Source: Kudoa neothunni (lineage: Eukaryota; Animalia; Cnidaria). From it: DNA of 64,000 nucleotides. Under the pieces are notes generated by a model that saw only the letters and a list, made by a program, of their open reading frames with translations, did not search any database and had not been told where the DNA came from. Location: the NCBI GenBank assembly GCA_964304625.1, contig OZ199839.1, positions 11,636,578-11,700,577 of the forward strand, in the 5' to 3' direction. The position numbers and the translations under genes were made by a program. Below, piece after piece: positions 13,002 through 25,252 of this stretch (position 1 is its first letter; each line of letters opens with the position of its first letter).

Positions 13002-13530
13002 GCCCGAGGGAAAAAAAACTAATCAGCTTGGTTTTAATTTAACAAATAATATTCATAATATTTATTGAATTGACAAATATGAGGTTGAAATTTTAAAAAT
13101 ATTATTATCGTTTTTAAAACAAATCATCAGTATTACAGTAATGTTTCGGATAATACATTCGCTCCTTCTTCTCATTATACTCATTATGTTCACCACTGTA
13201 ATCACAAACTAAAAATTAAATGTTTTCGCATTTGTTTTCGTAATGTTAAAATAGAATTACCGCCAAATGAAAATATGGAAGCACCATAGTAACATTCCAT
13301 AGATTTGTGTTGGAATGAGCCAGCACATGAGGTCCAACTTCCAATTGTATAATTTGGATATACATTATCATCTGGTATATACATTAGAACCCATCCTTGG
13401 TTAAAATATGCCAGTGATAGCAGTATAAATTCCCAGAACAATGCCAATATAGCTATACATGAACAAATCACTTTTCCCTAAGGAGAAAAATGAATAAACA
13501 AAAGGATAACGCAATTTCTACATCCGCCAT
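12408..13530 (-). CDS. Claudin/PMP22-superfamily-like four-TM protein, paralog 3 (6 exons)
   Basis: Spliced: MAD/GKVICSCIAILALFWEFILLSLAYFNQG..IGSWTSC..MECYYGASIFSFG/VCDY..PKHY/SYVGGMLFLFISLNGRH/FRCFPKAEKLFHIVFLLNQLLIIAVIISAIV..AIGCVFS/CVLLLIDNIVITRQ..VGWSFMMFWVCLIFPLFAAMVFGLMAF..DAPM*. Contains G-x-W-x-x-C..C in loop 1 and GWSF before TM4 (claudin-superfamily hallmarks), and shares LAYFNQ with paralog 2. Confidence 0.8.
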
Positions 13531-16149
13531 CACTTCACTTCTATCAACGTTTTTGCCGTTAATACTATTAATAATTAATCCAATTATACATTTTAATTGC
13601 GATATTTTGAAAAATATATATTTTAACGATAATAATATTGATTAAGTAGAAAAATTTTCTAAACAAAAATTTAAATTATCAATTCGAAAAAGATATTTTA
13701 AGTATGCCATAAAATTAATTATTGATAATCCATTGTGTAATATTTTATTAATTTCCTTATTGGTTAAATCTTCTGTTGATACTTTCTAAAATGAGGAGTG
13801 TAAGCGTTTTATTTATTATAAGTAATTAATATTTTGTCGGTAACAAGTTAGCAAGACACTTGATCGAATTATTATTTCCTATTTGTAGAATATTATTAAT
13901 GAGATGTATTTAACCTCATGATATATATTATAAGATGGTTATTATTATTAAAATACTTGATAGTTCTTTTCAATGGGTAGGGGGACCTTTTGAAGCAGGT
14001 TAATTAAATAAATTTAGCGGTAATTGCAGAATTAATCATTTGATTTCTGTAAATTAATTGGAATTATTAAGTGATAGCACTCAAGCATGTAAACATATTT
14101 CGACTAAATACATTTGCATTAAAAATATAAATTTTTAAATATAAATGTTAATTGTATCATACTAAATATTTAATTACTAATAAACTTGATAACAAAGTTT
14201 AATTTTTACGAACGTTTATATTTTAATTACTTATCACCTGTTTATTATAAAAATTGTTTAGTATTTTCAATATTATTGTTGGTTATCACGATTGTGTGGG
14301 TCCCTTTTCCGAATACTTAATAAGGATTAAACTCTTCGAAGAAAATTCAAAATCAATCGCAGCTAAAATTATGATTAATAAATTAATCCCCACATATTAT
14401 TCATATGAGTAGCAGTATTTGAAAAAATACCGGTTTTTTATTGGATACATGATTCTTATTTTTTCACTGTAGTGAATAATTAGATTACATTCGTTTAAAT
14501 TTAGGGTTAAAATGTAGAAAAATGGCAGTAATCCAAATCAGCGACTACAATAAAAACCTAACCTGTTGATTATTTTAATTTTTGTATTTTTCATTGTTCC
14601 ATCACCACTAGGTTAATTTAGGCACTGTATTTGTTATCAATACTAGTTGCTGTAATATATTCTTTAATAACTGTTAACCTCTCGCAGTTATTTCCTGAGG
14701 CAATATCATTTCATCGATCGAATAAAGATTGCTTTATTTATCCTAAGATTTGTATGTGACAACTATGATTTTTTATCAAACGTCATATTTCATCCTTAGA
14801 AATTGCCTACTATTAGTTAGATGTCTATAAGAATGAGAAATTCATATTTTCAGCAGGCAATAGATATTAAATTGTATCGAATATATAATGATAATATCAA
14901 AAATCATTTATTATAATTAATCCATTCATTTTTATGATTAAATTTCATACTAATTTTATTTAAAAAATTCAGGATTAATATCCGAACTAATTATAATCTT
15001 TAATCGGTATATAAAGTCATTATCCACATTTTAATTCAATTTAAAAATAACGCCATTATTTTTCATTATTTATTAACTTTATAATTGTTATAAGATAATA
15101 AAATTGGAATATTTTGCTCCTAAAAGAGTTTAAGATTCCCATAACATTTTTCAGTTTCTACAAATTCATAAAAATATTTTTTTAAATTGTCAACTATGTG
15201 CAATTAATGGATATTTGATAAAAAATAATTGTGGAATTATTAAGAACAAGGAATAACTATCATAGTAATTATTAACTTGGAAGTTTAAGCAAACCAAAAT
15301 TGATCTTGTTTGAATCTTCCTTTTAAATTTACCTGTAAAACAATAAATTTACCAATATTAATTATAGATGACGCTATTATCGTGGTAGTTAATACTTTGT
15401 AATCCTAATAAGCTAATCTATAGAATTTCTTGCTAAAATTAGATAACAACTTAAACATTATAAATTCGTTGTCGGCTTATTAAACCATTTATAATTTTCG
15501 GATGAAGATTAGGAACTTTTATCCAAAATAAATTTAATTGGATGAATCAATCGTATTTATTTTTTAATAGTGAAATTTAAACCGTTTAATTTTTAATGTA
15601 AAACTGACGGTATATTTTTTAGTAAAAAATGTGACGAAATTATTGATAGATTAATTATTAAAATTTTTACTCCTCAGCGATGTTTATGAATCATTTGCTA
15701 ACGTGTTTTTTAAATAAATATATTATTTATCAACTTTTTATTCATATCAAATATAATTTATTTAAAAAACTATAAATATAACGAATTGTATGTGGTTTCT
15801 TGTTTTTTTAATGATGGCTATTCTAGTGACCATTGGGTATGAATGCATGATCAAACTTATACAATTCAATGATTCACGAGAAATTGAAGATTTCACCGCC
15901 ATTATTCAACCGTTCCAATTATAACGATGTGTATACATGAAATAACGTTTATACATTATTTTAGTGAAAAATCTTTCCGATTAATCCCTAATATATTTAA
16001 GGTGTAATACTCCCCAAAACGATATTATTATTGGCGTATCTTCCGTATTAGTTTTGTCCACCGCTTTAAATTCAACCTATTCCTTAAGTTTATGTTACTC
16101 TTTAAATTATATAAAAAATTTAAGATAAATAAAAATTTAGATAAAAACT

Positions 16150-19100
16150 ACCTTCCAACACTTTTAGGTTGTAAAATACCCCAGATTTTTTCGGCTAAAA
16201 TAATCGAGATAAATATGTTTATTAGGCGTTTGCAATATTAGTGACATTAAACCTATAGTTATTCCAAGATTTTAAGGTTCGTAAAGTAATTAAATAAAGA
16301 CAGTGGCTATTTTTATGAATCCGTAATATCCGCAATATCTGCATGCGGGGGTTGTCTATTGCTACGGGAGGAAATAACTCCAAATCTACAAACTCATATA
16401 AAATTTGAAATTTATATTTGTAATCAATGATTTTTGGCCTAACATAAATAATTGTTTTGGAGAAATGTTAAGCTATTGGAATTTCTAATATTGTAACTAT
16501 AAATTTCGTGTTTTACGTTTTTCTTTTAATAATGTTAAATAAATATTTTAATTTTTTACTAATATATATTACTTTAACTAAAAAAACAAACATTATGTTT
16601 TATATATAAAAACGTTCACTATATTATCTCTGATTGTACCTAAAATGTTTAATCTAGCTCAGCTAATGTAAGCTGTTAAAATATGGTTAACTAGATTTTT
16701 ATAAAATGAAATAATTATATTTATTATATATTTGATTTATAGATTATATTTACCTGTATTATTATATACCTACAAAGTATATTAAGTATTACCACTATTC
16801 ATAGAAAACGATTAGAGCATTCTATGTAGTGAATTCAGAGAATATCTTTAAAGTAATATTTAATTCTACAGTTAAAATCAATATATAAGCTTACTGTGTT
16901 TATTTAAATGGCGATGAGCATAATTCTATCTTTTATATGTTATTGTTACAAATATAGATAAATTATTAGTTTTAATAACATAAAAATTAAAAAAAAAATT
17001 AATTTTTGCTGTAATGCGTTATCTGAAATTAATGTCCACAATAGAAAAAAACACGCTTTGTATTCTTGATTACAGTAACCTTTGTGCGAATCAACGTTTT
17101 CATTGTAGCGTCATTTGTTCGATGGAATCCTCTCCTGGATTGAAAGTTGACTTATACAACTCATTAAAAGTCATATTAATCGTTATGAACATCTTTTTTC
17201 CTACAAATTAAAAAGGAGGGAAAATTCTAAAATATTTTATAAAGAATTAATTTACTACAAAATAACGTTTGTATTCTTTTCGACTCTCTATAAAAAAGAA
17301 AGTTTAAAGGTAACAAAAATCGTCAGCATATAGAGGTAACTGCCTGTCTAGCATTCCTTTTTAAGTTAGTAAAGATATGGAAAATTTTTCATAATCATAT
17401 TTTTAAATGAAATACACAATCGTCTTTATAATGCTTCGATATACAAATTTCTACCTCATCAACAAAATGTCGATTTCTCAGATGGTCATCTGTTTTAATT
17501 AATATCACTTGGATCTAATAAAAATCGTACACAAAAAATGCTATGCTATAAAACGAGTAAAAATATCACAATGAAATCCCTACACAACATGAAAACAAGA
17601 GGAATAACCATAATAGATGTATTTACGACTATCAATATGTTAACTCAAAATTTTAATTGTGCTGTTAAAATTAGAAAAAATGACAATAATGTTATTATTT
17701 GATTACTTTTGGTTGATCACCTAATGCTACTTATTCTTCAATTTTGTTGAAAATGTAAGCTAATGGAGGTAATAAATAAACTTTTGTATTAACGGTGATT
17801 GCGAATTCAAATATTTTGGATAAATTACACAAATTTTATTCTTATTAGTGCACCCTTTTATTTAACTGCTGCTGACGATCCTATTTGATAATTTGGTGTT
17901 ACTTATGCAAGCATTTTGTATAAAAAATTATGTAGCATTGTTATTGTTGAGAACATAAAGTAAGGGAATTTTTGAGAATTGCCTCTTCAAATACTCATTT
18001 CTTACCTGTAAACTTTGTGTAAGCCAAATATTTCAAAGGGATTTTGCACAAAATATTACGAAATAACAACTGATACTCGAAATAAAATCATTAAAATGTT
18101 AACAAACATTAGTTAGAGTTACCATTCCCATCGAGAGTGGAAACAATCAGACAACCTAAATAATCTAGACTAACAGTCATTGCTTTTTCTAGAAAAAAAA
18201 CCTATGGATAAATAATATACTATCTATTTAAAATACTAACTTTTTATTAATAAAAAGTTTTATTTGAGCACAAAAATTGTATCATAATCAGTCTAATACA
18301 ATGTATCTAACACACGAACTTACAAATTTTCATAATCTAACAATACATTTTGTAAATGTTTTAAATTTTCAATTTACTAAAATATACCACCCCCCTTTAA
18401 AATAACTGAGAAATTGTCACCAAATTAAAAACGTTTCTCGGCGCATTCTCATATTAATAGAAGTCAAAATTTTTTTATTTCATTTGAGCATTCACCTTAA
18501 TGACTAATTTTGAATATTAACTTTATTAAACTTTAAAAATGTAAACTAAGGTTATTTTTTAATCCAAAAATCCTTACAATTTTATTGTATTTTTCTTTAA
18601 TATTGTTAATTATGTTAAGCCAAAAATCATTTATTTCGAATGTAAATTTCAAATTTTGACTGGATTCTTAAATTTGTAGTTATTCCCTCCAGTAGCAATA
18701 GACAACGCCAGCATGCGGATTATACGGATACGTAGCAATAGCCAATGCCTTAAATTGATTTCCTGCGCTATAATTATCTAATATAATGAATACATACGCC
18801 TTAAATATTTGATAATATTGAAACGAGTGATCTTCGTGAGGAAAATGAGGATTTATGTTCATCTGACAGCGAATTCGAGTATCAAATTATAGAAGACGAT
18901 GAAGCTGAAATACCGGAAGCACACGGCAACATATTAACAAGTGATGGCGGATTTACATGGAGTTTATCCAAGCCACCTACAGCTAAAACATGCCAAGAAA
19001 ACATGATGAATTCTTTACCTGGAGCTGCAGCTTATGGAACGTCCAAGATAATATGCTCGCTAGATTACTTTCTTCTGTTTTTCAACAATAGTGTATGCAA

Positions 19101-20706
19101 TCAAATTATTTCATTTATCAACATTTTTGGAGTACACCATTTTAATGAAGACTGAATTGACTCTTACATTGTGGAATTTAAAGGTTACCTTGGTCTTCTC
19201 GTATTGATGGCCACTCATAAAGACCGACAAGAGCCTTTATGAGAGCTCTTTGGTGAAAAAGAAGGAAAGGATATATATAGAAGGTTTTTTTCACTTCGTT
19301 AATTCATTCAAATCACTCGAGCACTTCATTTCGATGATTTTAATACACGATTGGAAAAAAAAAATTGACAAATTTTTCCTTATACGTGATGTATGGAATC
19401 AATGGATTGATTTGTTACCAAGATGTAACCGTAGATGAGCAACGTGCCTCGTTCAAGGGAAGGTGCCCTTTCCGACAGTACATGTCGATGAAAATGGCAC
19501 AGTATGGCCTAAAGTTTTTTATATTAGTTGTTGCAGTGGCAAACTATAGCTGTAACATCAGTATAAATCTCGGAAGAAACATTTACGAAACTATTCGACA
19601 ATGCGGATTGGGTGAAAGTGTTGTCCTTACACTGTCAACACCACTATTCCATTCAGGTAGGAATGTTGTAGCAGACTATTTTTGTCGCTTTCCGTCGCAA
19701 ACAATTTGTTGCAGAAAAAGCTTACCTAATTGAGAATTGTTCGGAAAAACAAAAAGGGGGTATCTCCTTGTTTTTTCCCTCAAGAAAAAAACCCTCTACA
19801 GTAGTACTTTCATGTGTTACGAAAAATTCATGCTGACGTTTTATGTTTGTGATAAGTCGAAAGAGGTAATTCTTTTGACGAATGACACTATTGGTGATTC
19901 TGTTAGCGATGAGCTAACTAATTGTAAGCCTCAAATGATTCTAAATTATAACGAAACAAAACGGGGGAGTCGACAACATCGATAAGACGTTAGCGTCGGT
20001 TTCTGTACGCAGATTCACAAGAAGGTGGCCTCTAATAATGTTTTTTTAACATGGCGGATTTATTTCTAGTCAATGCATTTGCATTATTTATGGATATTTT
20101 TAATATCACAATAACCGGACGTAATTTTTTTGAAACAAGTGGCTGAAGAACTTTACAATCCCTTATTGATAAAAAATTCGTCCGAAAATAAAGTCATCAA
20201 GAAATTATCTAAGAAAATCATCGTTTCGAAAAAGAATCCACCTCTGAGCTCCAAACAATCCAGATGTGAGTATTGTGAGCGTAGTAAAGATAAAAAAAAC
20301 AAATAAATGATGCCAGAAATGCTACAGATACGGATACGGATTTTAATGCGTAGATCATTCCTCGAATAGTTGTTTTAGGTACGATAAATAAATATATTTT
20401 TATTTGTTTCGTTATATTCTCATTAATACATGTTTTTGAGTTAATTATTTCGGTAAAAAAATTTATGTACAAACATTAAATTGATTGATAATGTCCATCG
20501 ATATTTTATGAATATTTGCCGATGCTATTACGAAAAGATTTAATATTTAAAGCTAACGCGTATTTTCCTCTGTTTTCTGCCAGCGATTTTTGTATTATTC
20601 TAAATTATGATCATTCAATTTATCTAAGTATTACCATACAATAAAAAAGTGTGGAGTTTTACAACCTAAAAGTGTTAGATGTCATGTTATTGGGATCATT
20701 AGAGGG
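16150..20706 (+). mobile_element. Decayed piggyBac (PGBD4-like) transposon interrupted by a hAT insertion
   Basis: Subterminal inverted repeat aacacttttaggttgtaaaa at ~16157 and ~20657-20676; right end AGGG|TTAA at 20703-20710. Broken ORF 18.8-20.4 kb contains TVDEQRASFKGRCPFRQYM..YGLK, GRNVVADYF, KPQMILNYNETK.GVD, RRWP and a Cys-rich tail. Confidence 0.8.
16301..18747 (-). mobile_element. hAT-like element with long (~140-bp) imperfect terminal inverted repeats, nested in piggyBac
   Basis: Ends CAGTGGCTATT / AATAGCCAATG. 16318-16450 is the inverted copy of 18610-18732 (e.g. gttgtctattgctac, aaaatttgaaattta..aatgatttttggc). Decayed xRVFS dimerisation-domain motif near 17030-17065 (minus). No intact TSD. 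Confidence 0.6.
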
Positions 20707-21036
20707 TTAACTGAATCTAAAACGAATAATTTATTGTAAAATAATACAACATATTTAATTGAATTGAATTAAATTAAATTATTCTTTTTTTTTACTTTTT
20801 TTTGTAAAAGTTAAAATAATGGTTCGGTGTTCCTTGCACATTTTTAGATAACGCATAGTATGATTCACCCAAAATATATTTTTTATTCTAAAGATGATCA
20901 TTAGGAGAAGCTAATTATAATTGTATAAAATATATAAATTTTAATAAATAACAAATTCGACTGTTTTTTGTAAAATCTCATTGGTTAATGATTTTTTATA
21001 ATTTAAAAACTTCTGCCGATCATTTATTCGTATCTA

Positions 21037-22397
21037 TTAGCCGTTGTTTGATTTATAATAATCTTTTGATAGAGGAGAAGGTGAAAGTGTTAATTGATGA
21101 GGAGTCAGACTACAAGACGCCAAACACAGTTCTTTCTTGGTGAATCTATTCTTATTTCCACCAATACCTTTATAAGCAAACAAATAGCAATCTCGGCTTT
21201 CACTGTCAAAGTACCACCTTGGAAGATCTAGTCTACCCTTTCCTGCACTTGGTCGTTGAAGACAAAATGCCTCAGTGTTTCTCCATGTTTGTTCACCTAT
21301 TTCAATTTTATAATATTTCTAGAAAATAACTTTAATACATACTAATTGGACATTTCCCAGCACATAATTCTACGGTATCAAATTGATTCACTCCCTCGGT
21401 TTTGTTACATTCCGTTGAATAAAAAGGAAGACACGACTTAGATGTTGCGTTGTAATAGTATTTAAGACCTACTGGGCCTTCACATATGCTTTGATATGGA
21501 ACTCCGCTGCATGGCCATTTTTTTTCTTTTGGTTCTATTTATACATATGTTAATTAATCAAGAAAATGAAAATTGTTCCCCACTTTTTACACATTTTTTG
21601 ACACAGTCACTAAATTTCTTGAATATTCCTCTCTCTTGATTGCTGTTTACAGCTGTATAAAGACATTGATTTTTGTCGCTATTGTAAACTATCTTCACGT
21701 CATACTGCATTTCACCTCCATCTGGCGAATTAGTTAATTTATGAGGAACCATACAATCAAACACGTTAGGTATTTCGTTTCTTTTCGCTATTAAATATAC
21801 AATATGTTTTTTATAATAAAAAAAATTAGTAACCCCGGCAAGCGTTTTCACAGTCATTGTTATCTCCAAACACGTAGTTTGACTCTTCACAACCATTTGA
21901 CATGAATCCTCTACATTCGGAATATTCTGGGGTTATGGTCCCATTTTTATCATCAATTTTTTGAGGATTATATTTAAAAAATTTTTTTTTAATTGTTTTT
22001 GTTTTAGTACAGATACTTTTCGGCTGAATTTTTATGGGATATTTGCAAGCTTCGAGCATTTCTAGAGGAGATGCAACCACTACAATGAATTATTTTAATG
22101 GTACATATTGTATTTGAAGTTACGGTGATTTTCACATTCCTCTCTAGACTTAAAATTATTGAAATCCAATCCAGAACCTAAATAGCTAAATTCTTCACAT
22201 TCAGCATCGCTTTTCTTTATTCTAAATCTTGTAGTTGGTTGTACACCATCTACTGCTTTTCCCGAACCAGTACTTGCATAATCTGCTAGCCTTATATCTA
22301 AAAAGATGTTGAGTTTTATAGCAATAAAAATGAAAAAATAACCAAATGAAGCACAATTTAAAAATAAAGTGATTAATGCTAGAAGCATAGGAATCAT
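21037..22397 (-). CDS. Secreted multi-Kunitz (BPTI-fold) protein, 5 domains, 6 exons
   Basis: Signal exon 22397-22343 (MIPMLLALITLFLNCASF), then one Kunitz domain per phase-1 exon: 22297-22124, 22079-21834, 21787-21584, 21534-21343, 21296-21037. Domain 5 reads FCLQRPSAGKGRLDLPRWYFDSESRDCYLFAYKGIGGNKNRFTKKELCLASC. Domains 4-5 are absent from the ORF track. Confidence 0.88.
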
Positions 22398-22877
22398 GTC
22401 GTTTTGTCGTGAACGCAAGTACAAAATTTCGATTGGAGATTTTATCCTATTATATATCAATCTTATTTATGAATAGGTTTCAGATAGATTATATCAATAA
22501 GTAAATGAAGGTAACATATTAATGTATTATTCTGCGCAAATTTCACAGCTTTTTCCGGGTCCGGGAATATTTTTAGTAGAAAATCTCTTAAATTTAGTAT
22601 ATAACATGTATTAATCCATGAACCTAGCCCATTGGAAGATATAAACTAAACCAGTATTAAAATGTCATTATTATAATGACTAATATTGCCAAAACTAAAG
22701 TTGAAATCGTTTAGAGTGATCATAAATATAACATAAACCATCTTAAAATAAAAAAAACTTACAAAAACTACCATTTATAGCTTAAACTAACACAGCTTTT
22801 TACGACAACGACTTTATTCGCCCAGTTTAACCAATAGCCGTTTATTACTTCAATATATCAACCTAAATAATTTAATA

Positions 22878-23102
22878 CAGCCCGATTGGTTATCGTGGGA
22901 TCGGGTATTTGGTGGTTTTGATTTTATGCCATGTTTGTTTAAATTATTCAATTATTTTAAAATCTTTCATAATGTATATTCTAGAAGAGAACATCAAAAA
23001 AATTTTTGTCCAATCCCGTAATATCCCGGTATCGCGTTGTGTCGTCGTATTGAGTGGTTTCTCCCTACTCCCGTTGAACCAAGCAATAGCAAGGTCAGAC
23101 TG
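22878..23102. mobile_element. pogo/Tigger-derived MITE-like relic
   Basis: TA-CAG... left end and ...gtcagactg-TA right end. The right ~60 nt are also found at ~36690-36746 (gttgaacca.gcaa.agc.a.gtca.actgt). Confidence 0.4.
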
Positions 23103-25252
23103 TAATTATATAAAGTAATATCGATAAATCCTTGCTGATTTAAATCGATGAAACTTCATTTATGCAAAAGCCTCAATGAAATCTTATAGCATAGTTTTAG
23201 CATTAAGGACATTAATTTATGTGGTTACAATTCATTATTATTATTTTTTTTGTAGAAAACGTGCATCTTATTGTTATTTAAAATCATAAAAAACTTTTAG
23301 CATGTCCTTATCAATTTATATATCTTACAAGTACTGGTATAAGGAGTGTTTTGGGCACATACCTACATTACACAGTATTTCAACACCAACATGCAAACGA
23401 AGTGCACATTAGTATCAAATCACAAATTTATTCCGAATCAGAGGTTTTATTGTATCTAAAAACACTCCAAATCAATGTAATTAAAGGTTTTGGAGTAGGT
23501 TATGGGATTTGTGGGTTGTTTATCATTTATTAATACAAATGCGAATGATGACGTCATTCGGTTGGGTCTACTCTCTACGCGGATATAAATGTTCATTATT
23601 GTTATCATAGTTTTAGGTGATGGGTTTTCTATTTTATCTAACCATTTAAATAATATAATGTGATATTTTAAGACTGCGTAACTGTGTTGTAGTCAAGAGT
23701 ATATTAAAGTTTATCCTTTATATATATATATATTATATATATATATATATATATAAAGGGGGACAGCCGGTATGTGTATGCGCCCCTAAGTACGTATGTG
23801 CTACAAAACTTTTCCCTATAGATAGATATTTATATAATTTGCGATAATTGAAAAATTGTCGCATTTGTTACTACACTGACTAAGTTTAAAAATTAATGTA
23901 GGAAATTGTGTTGTCATCGTTGTTAAGTTTGTTAAGTGGATTACATGGTTTCATTAATAAGATCAATGTGTTAGTTCATGGCAATATAGATCTAACAGGA
24001 CGTCTGCAAGTTGTTTTGAACGTTTTTAGTGATTCATTCTTATGCTATATATATACGACTTCAAGATACATCTTATATCGTTCATCTATCTGTATATTTA
24101 AAGTAGATGTGTGCTTCAATACACTCCTTATTTTTGGAACTTTTTATATATTTGGCTTGATAAATACACTTTAAAAGTCCTATAGGTGGAATGTAATATA
24201 GGAAAAATATGCAAATTTGATAAATTAATGAAGAATTGGTAGCGCCTATTATACTATTGTAGTCAGATGGATTCAATCCTTACATACTAAAACTATGTCC
24301 CCAAATTTCATTATAGTGACCGTTAGACTTAATGTTTAGCGATGAGAGTTAATGTATAGATTGAAATCTTACTTTATCTAATTATTTAACATATTTTTGT
24401 TTTTAGTAAGGAGCTACACAACAGTTGTTAGAAGAGAGTGTAAAAATGTGTTGGATAAAGATATTAATTTGAGCAAAAAAAATTAATTATCGTAAGTTAT
24501 TATTGTGTTATTCAGGTTTTTCTACTTTCAATATCTCTCTAAAATGATCCCAATTTTTTACTATGCCAAACACAGTCGTTAAAAGTACGATATATAAAAA
24601 AAGATTTATTTATCTCTCCTTAGGGTTAACCAAAAGAGTCTGATATTTTTTTATTTTTAAATAGTATTCTTCTATGATGAAATTTTCTCAATCCCATGAG
24701 TAGCTGGGCAGTTTGCGCTAATATCGTACAAAATGGTTTTAATTTAAATTAAAAAAGTAATTTGCTTAAGTTATCTTCCATTTACATAGTATTCGACATC
24801 CTATGATTTCCATAAAACGATCATAATCCTAATTTCATATATCACAATGGTTAAAAGTACGATATATTAAAATTATTTTAGGTTAAGCTTTTTAAAAGGA
24901 TTTTTCAACTCAAAATATTTCTCTTACAATGCGAACCTCGCATTTTAAGCAATATATACATATACATAGATTCGGATATATATAGATATAAACGATAAGA
25001 CACGTGATAAAAATGAATAGAAATTTATTATATATATTTGTCTTCCGTAAACTTCTAAATTTCTCCTAGTAAAGCTCTATTTAATGTAATTCTAATAATA
25101 TTGTTCGGTTTTATTTGTCAAATTAAATAAAATTTTACAAAGATTAAACCGATTTATGCCAAGGAACAATTATCAAACTTCGATCAATTGCCGAATGAAT
25201 AGTGTATTTAACTATCATATTAATAGCTCATTATCCCATCATTTACGTAAGC

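Noticed and set aside
20810-20890. Possible extra terminal exon of the Kunitz gene
   Set aside because: The fifth Kunitz exon already reaches a stop at 21037-21039, and no phase-compatible Kunitz-like reading was found.
23715-24722. Helitron-like element (TC..(TA)n start; ccca..tggg hairpin followed by CTAAT)
   Set aside because: The ends are degenerate and the weak Rep-like coding trace is on the opposite strand; not supportable without a repeat library.
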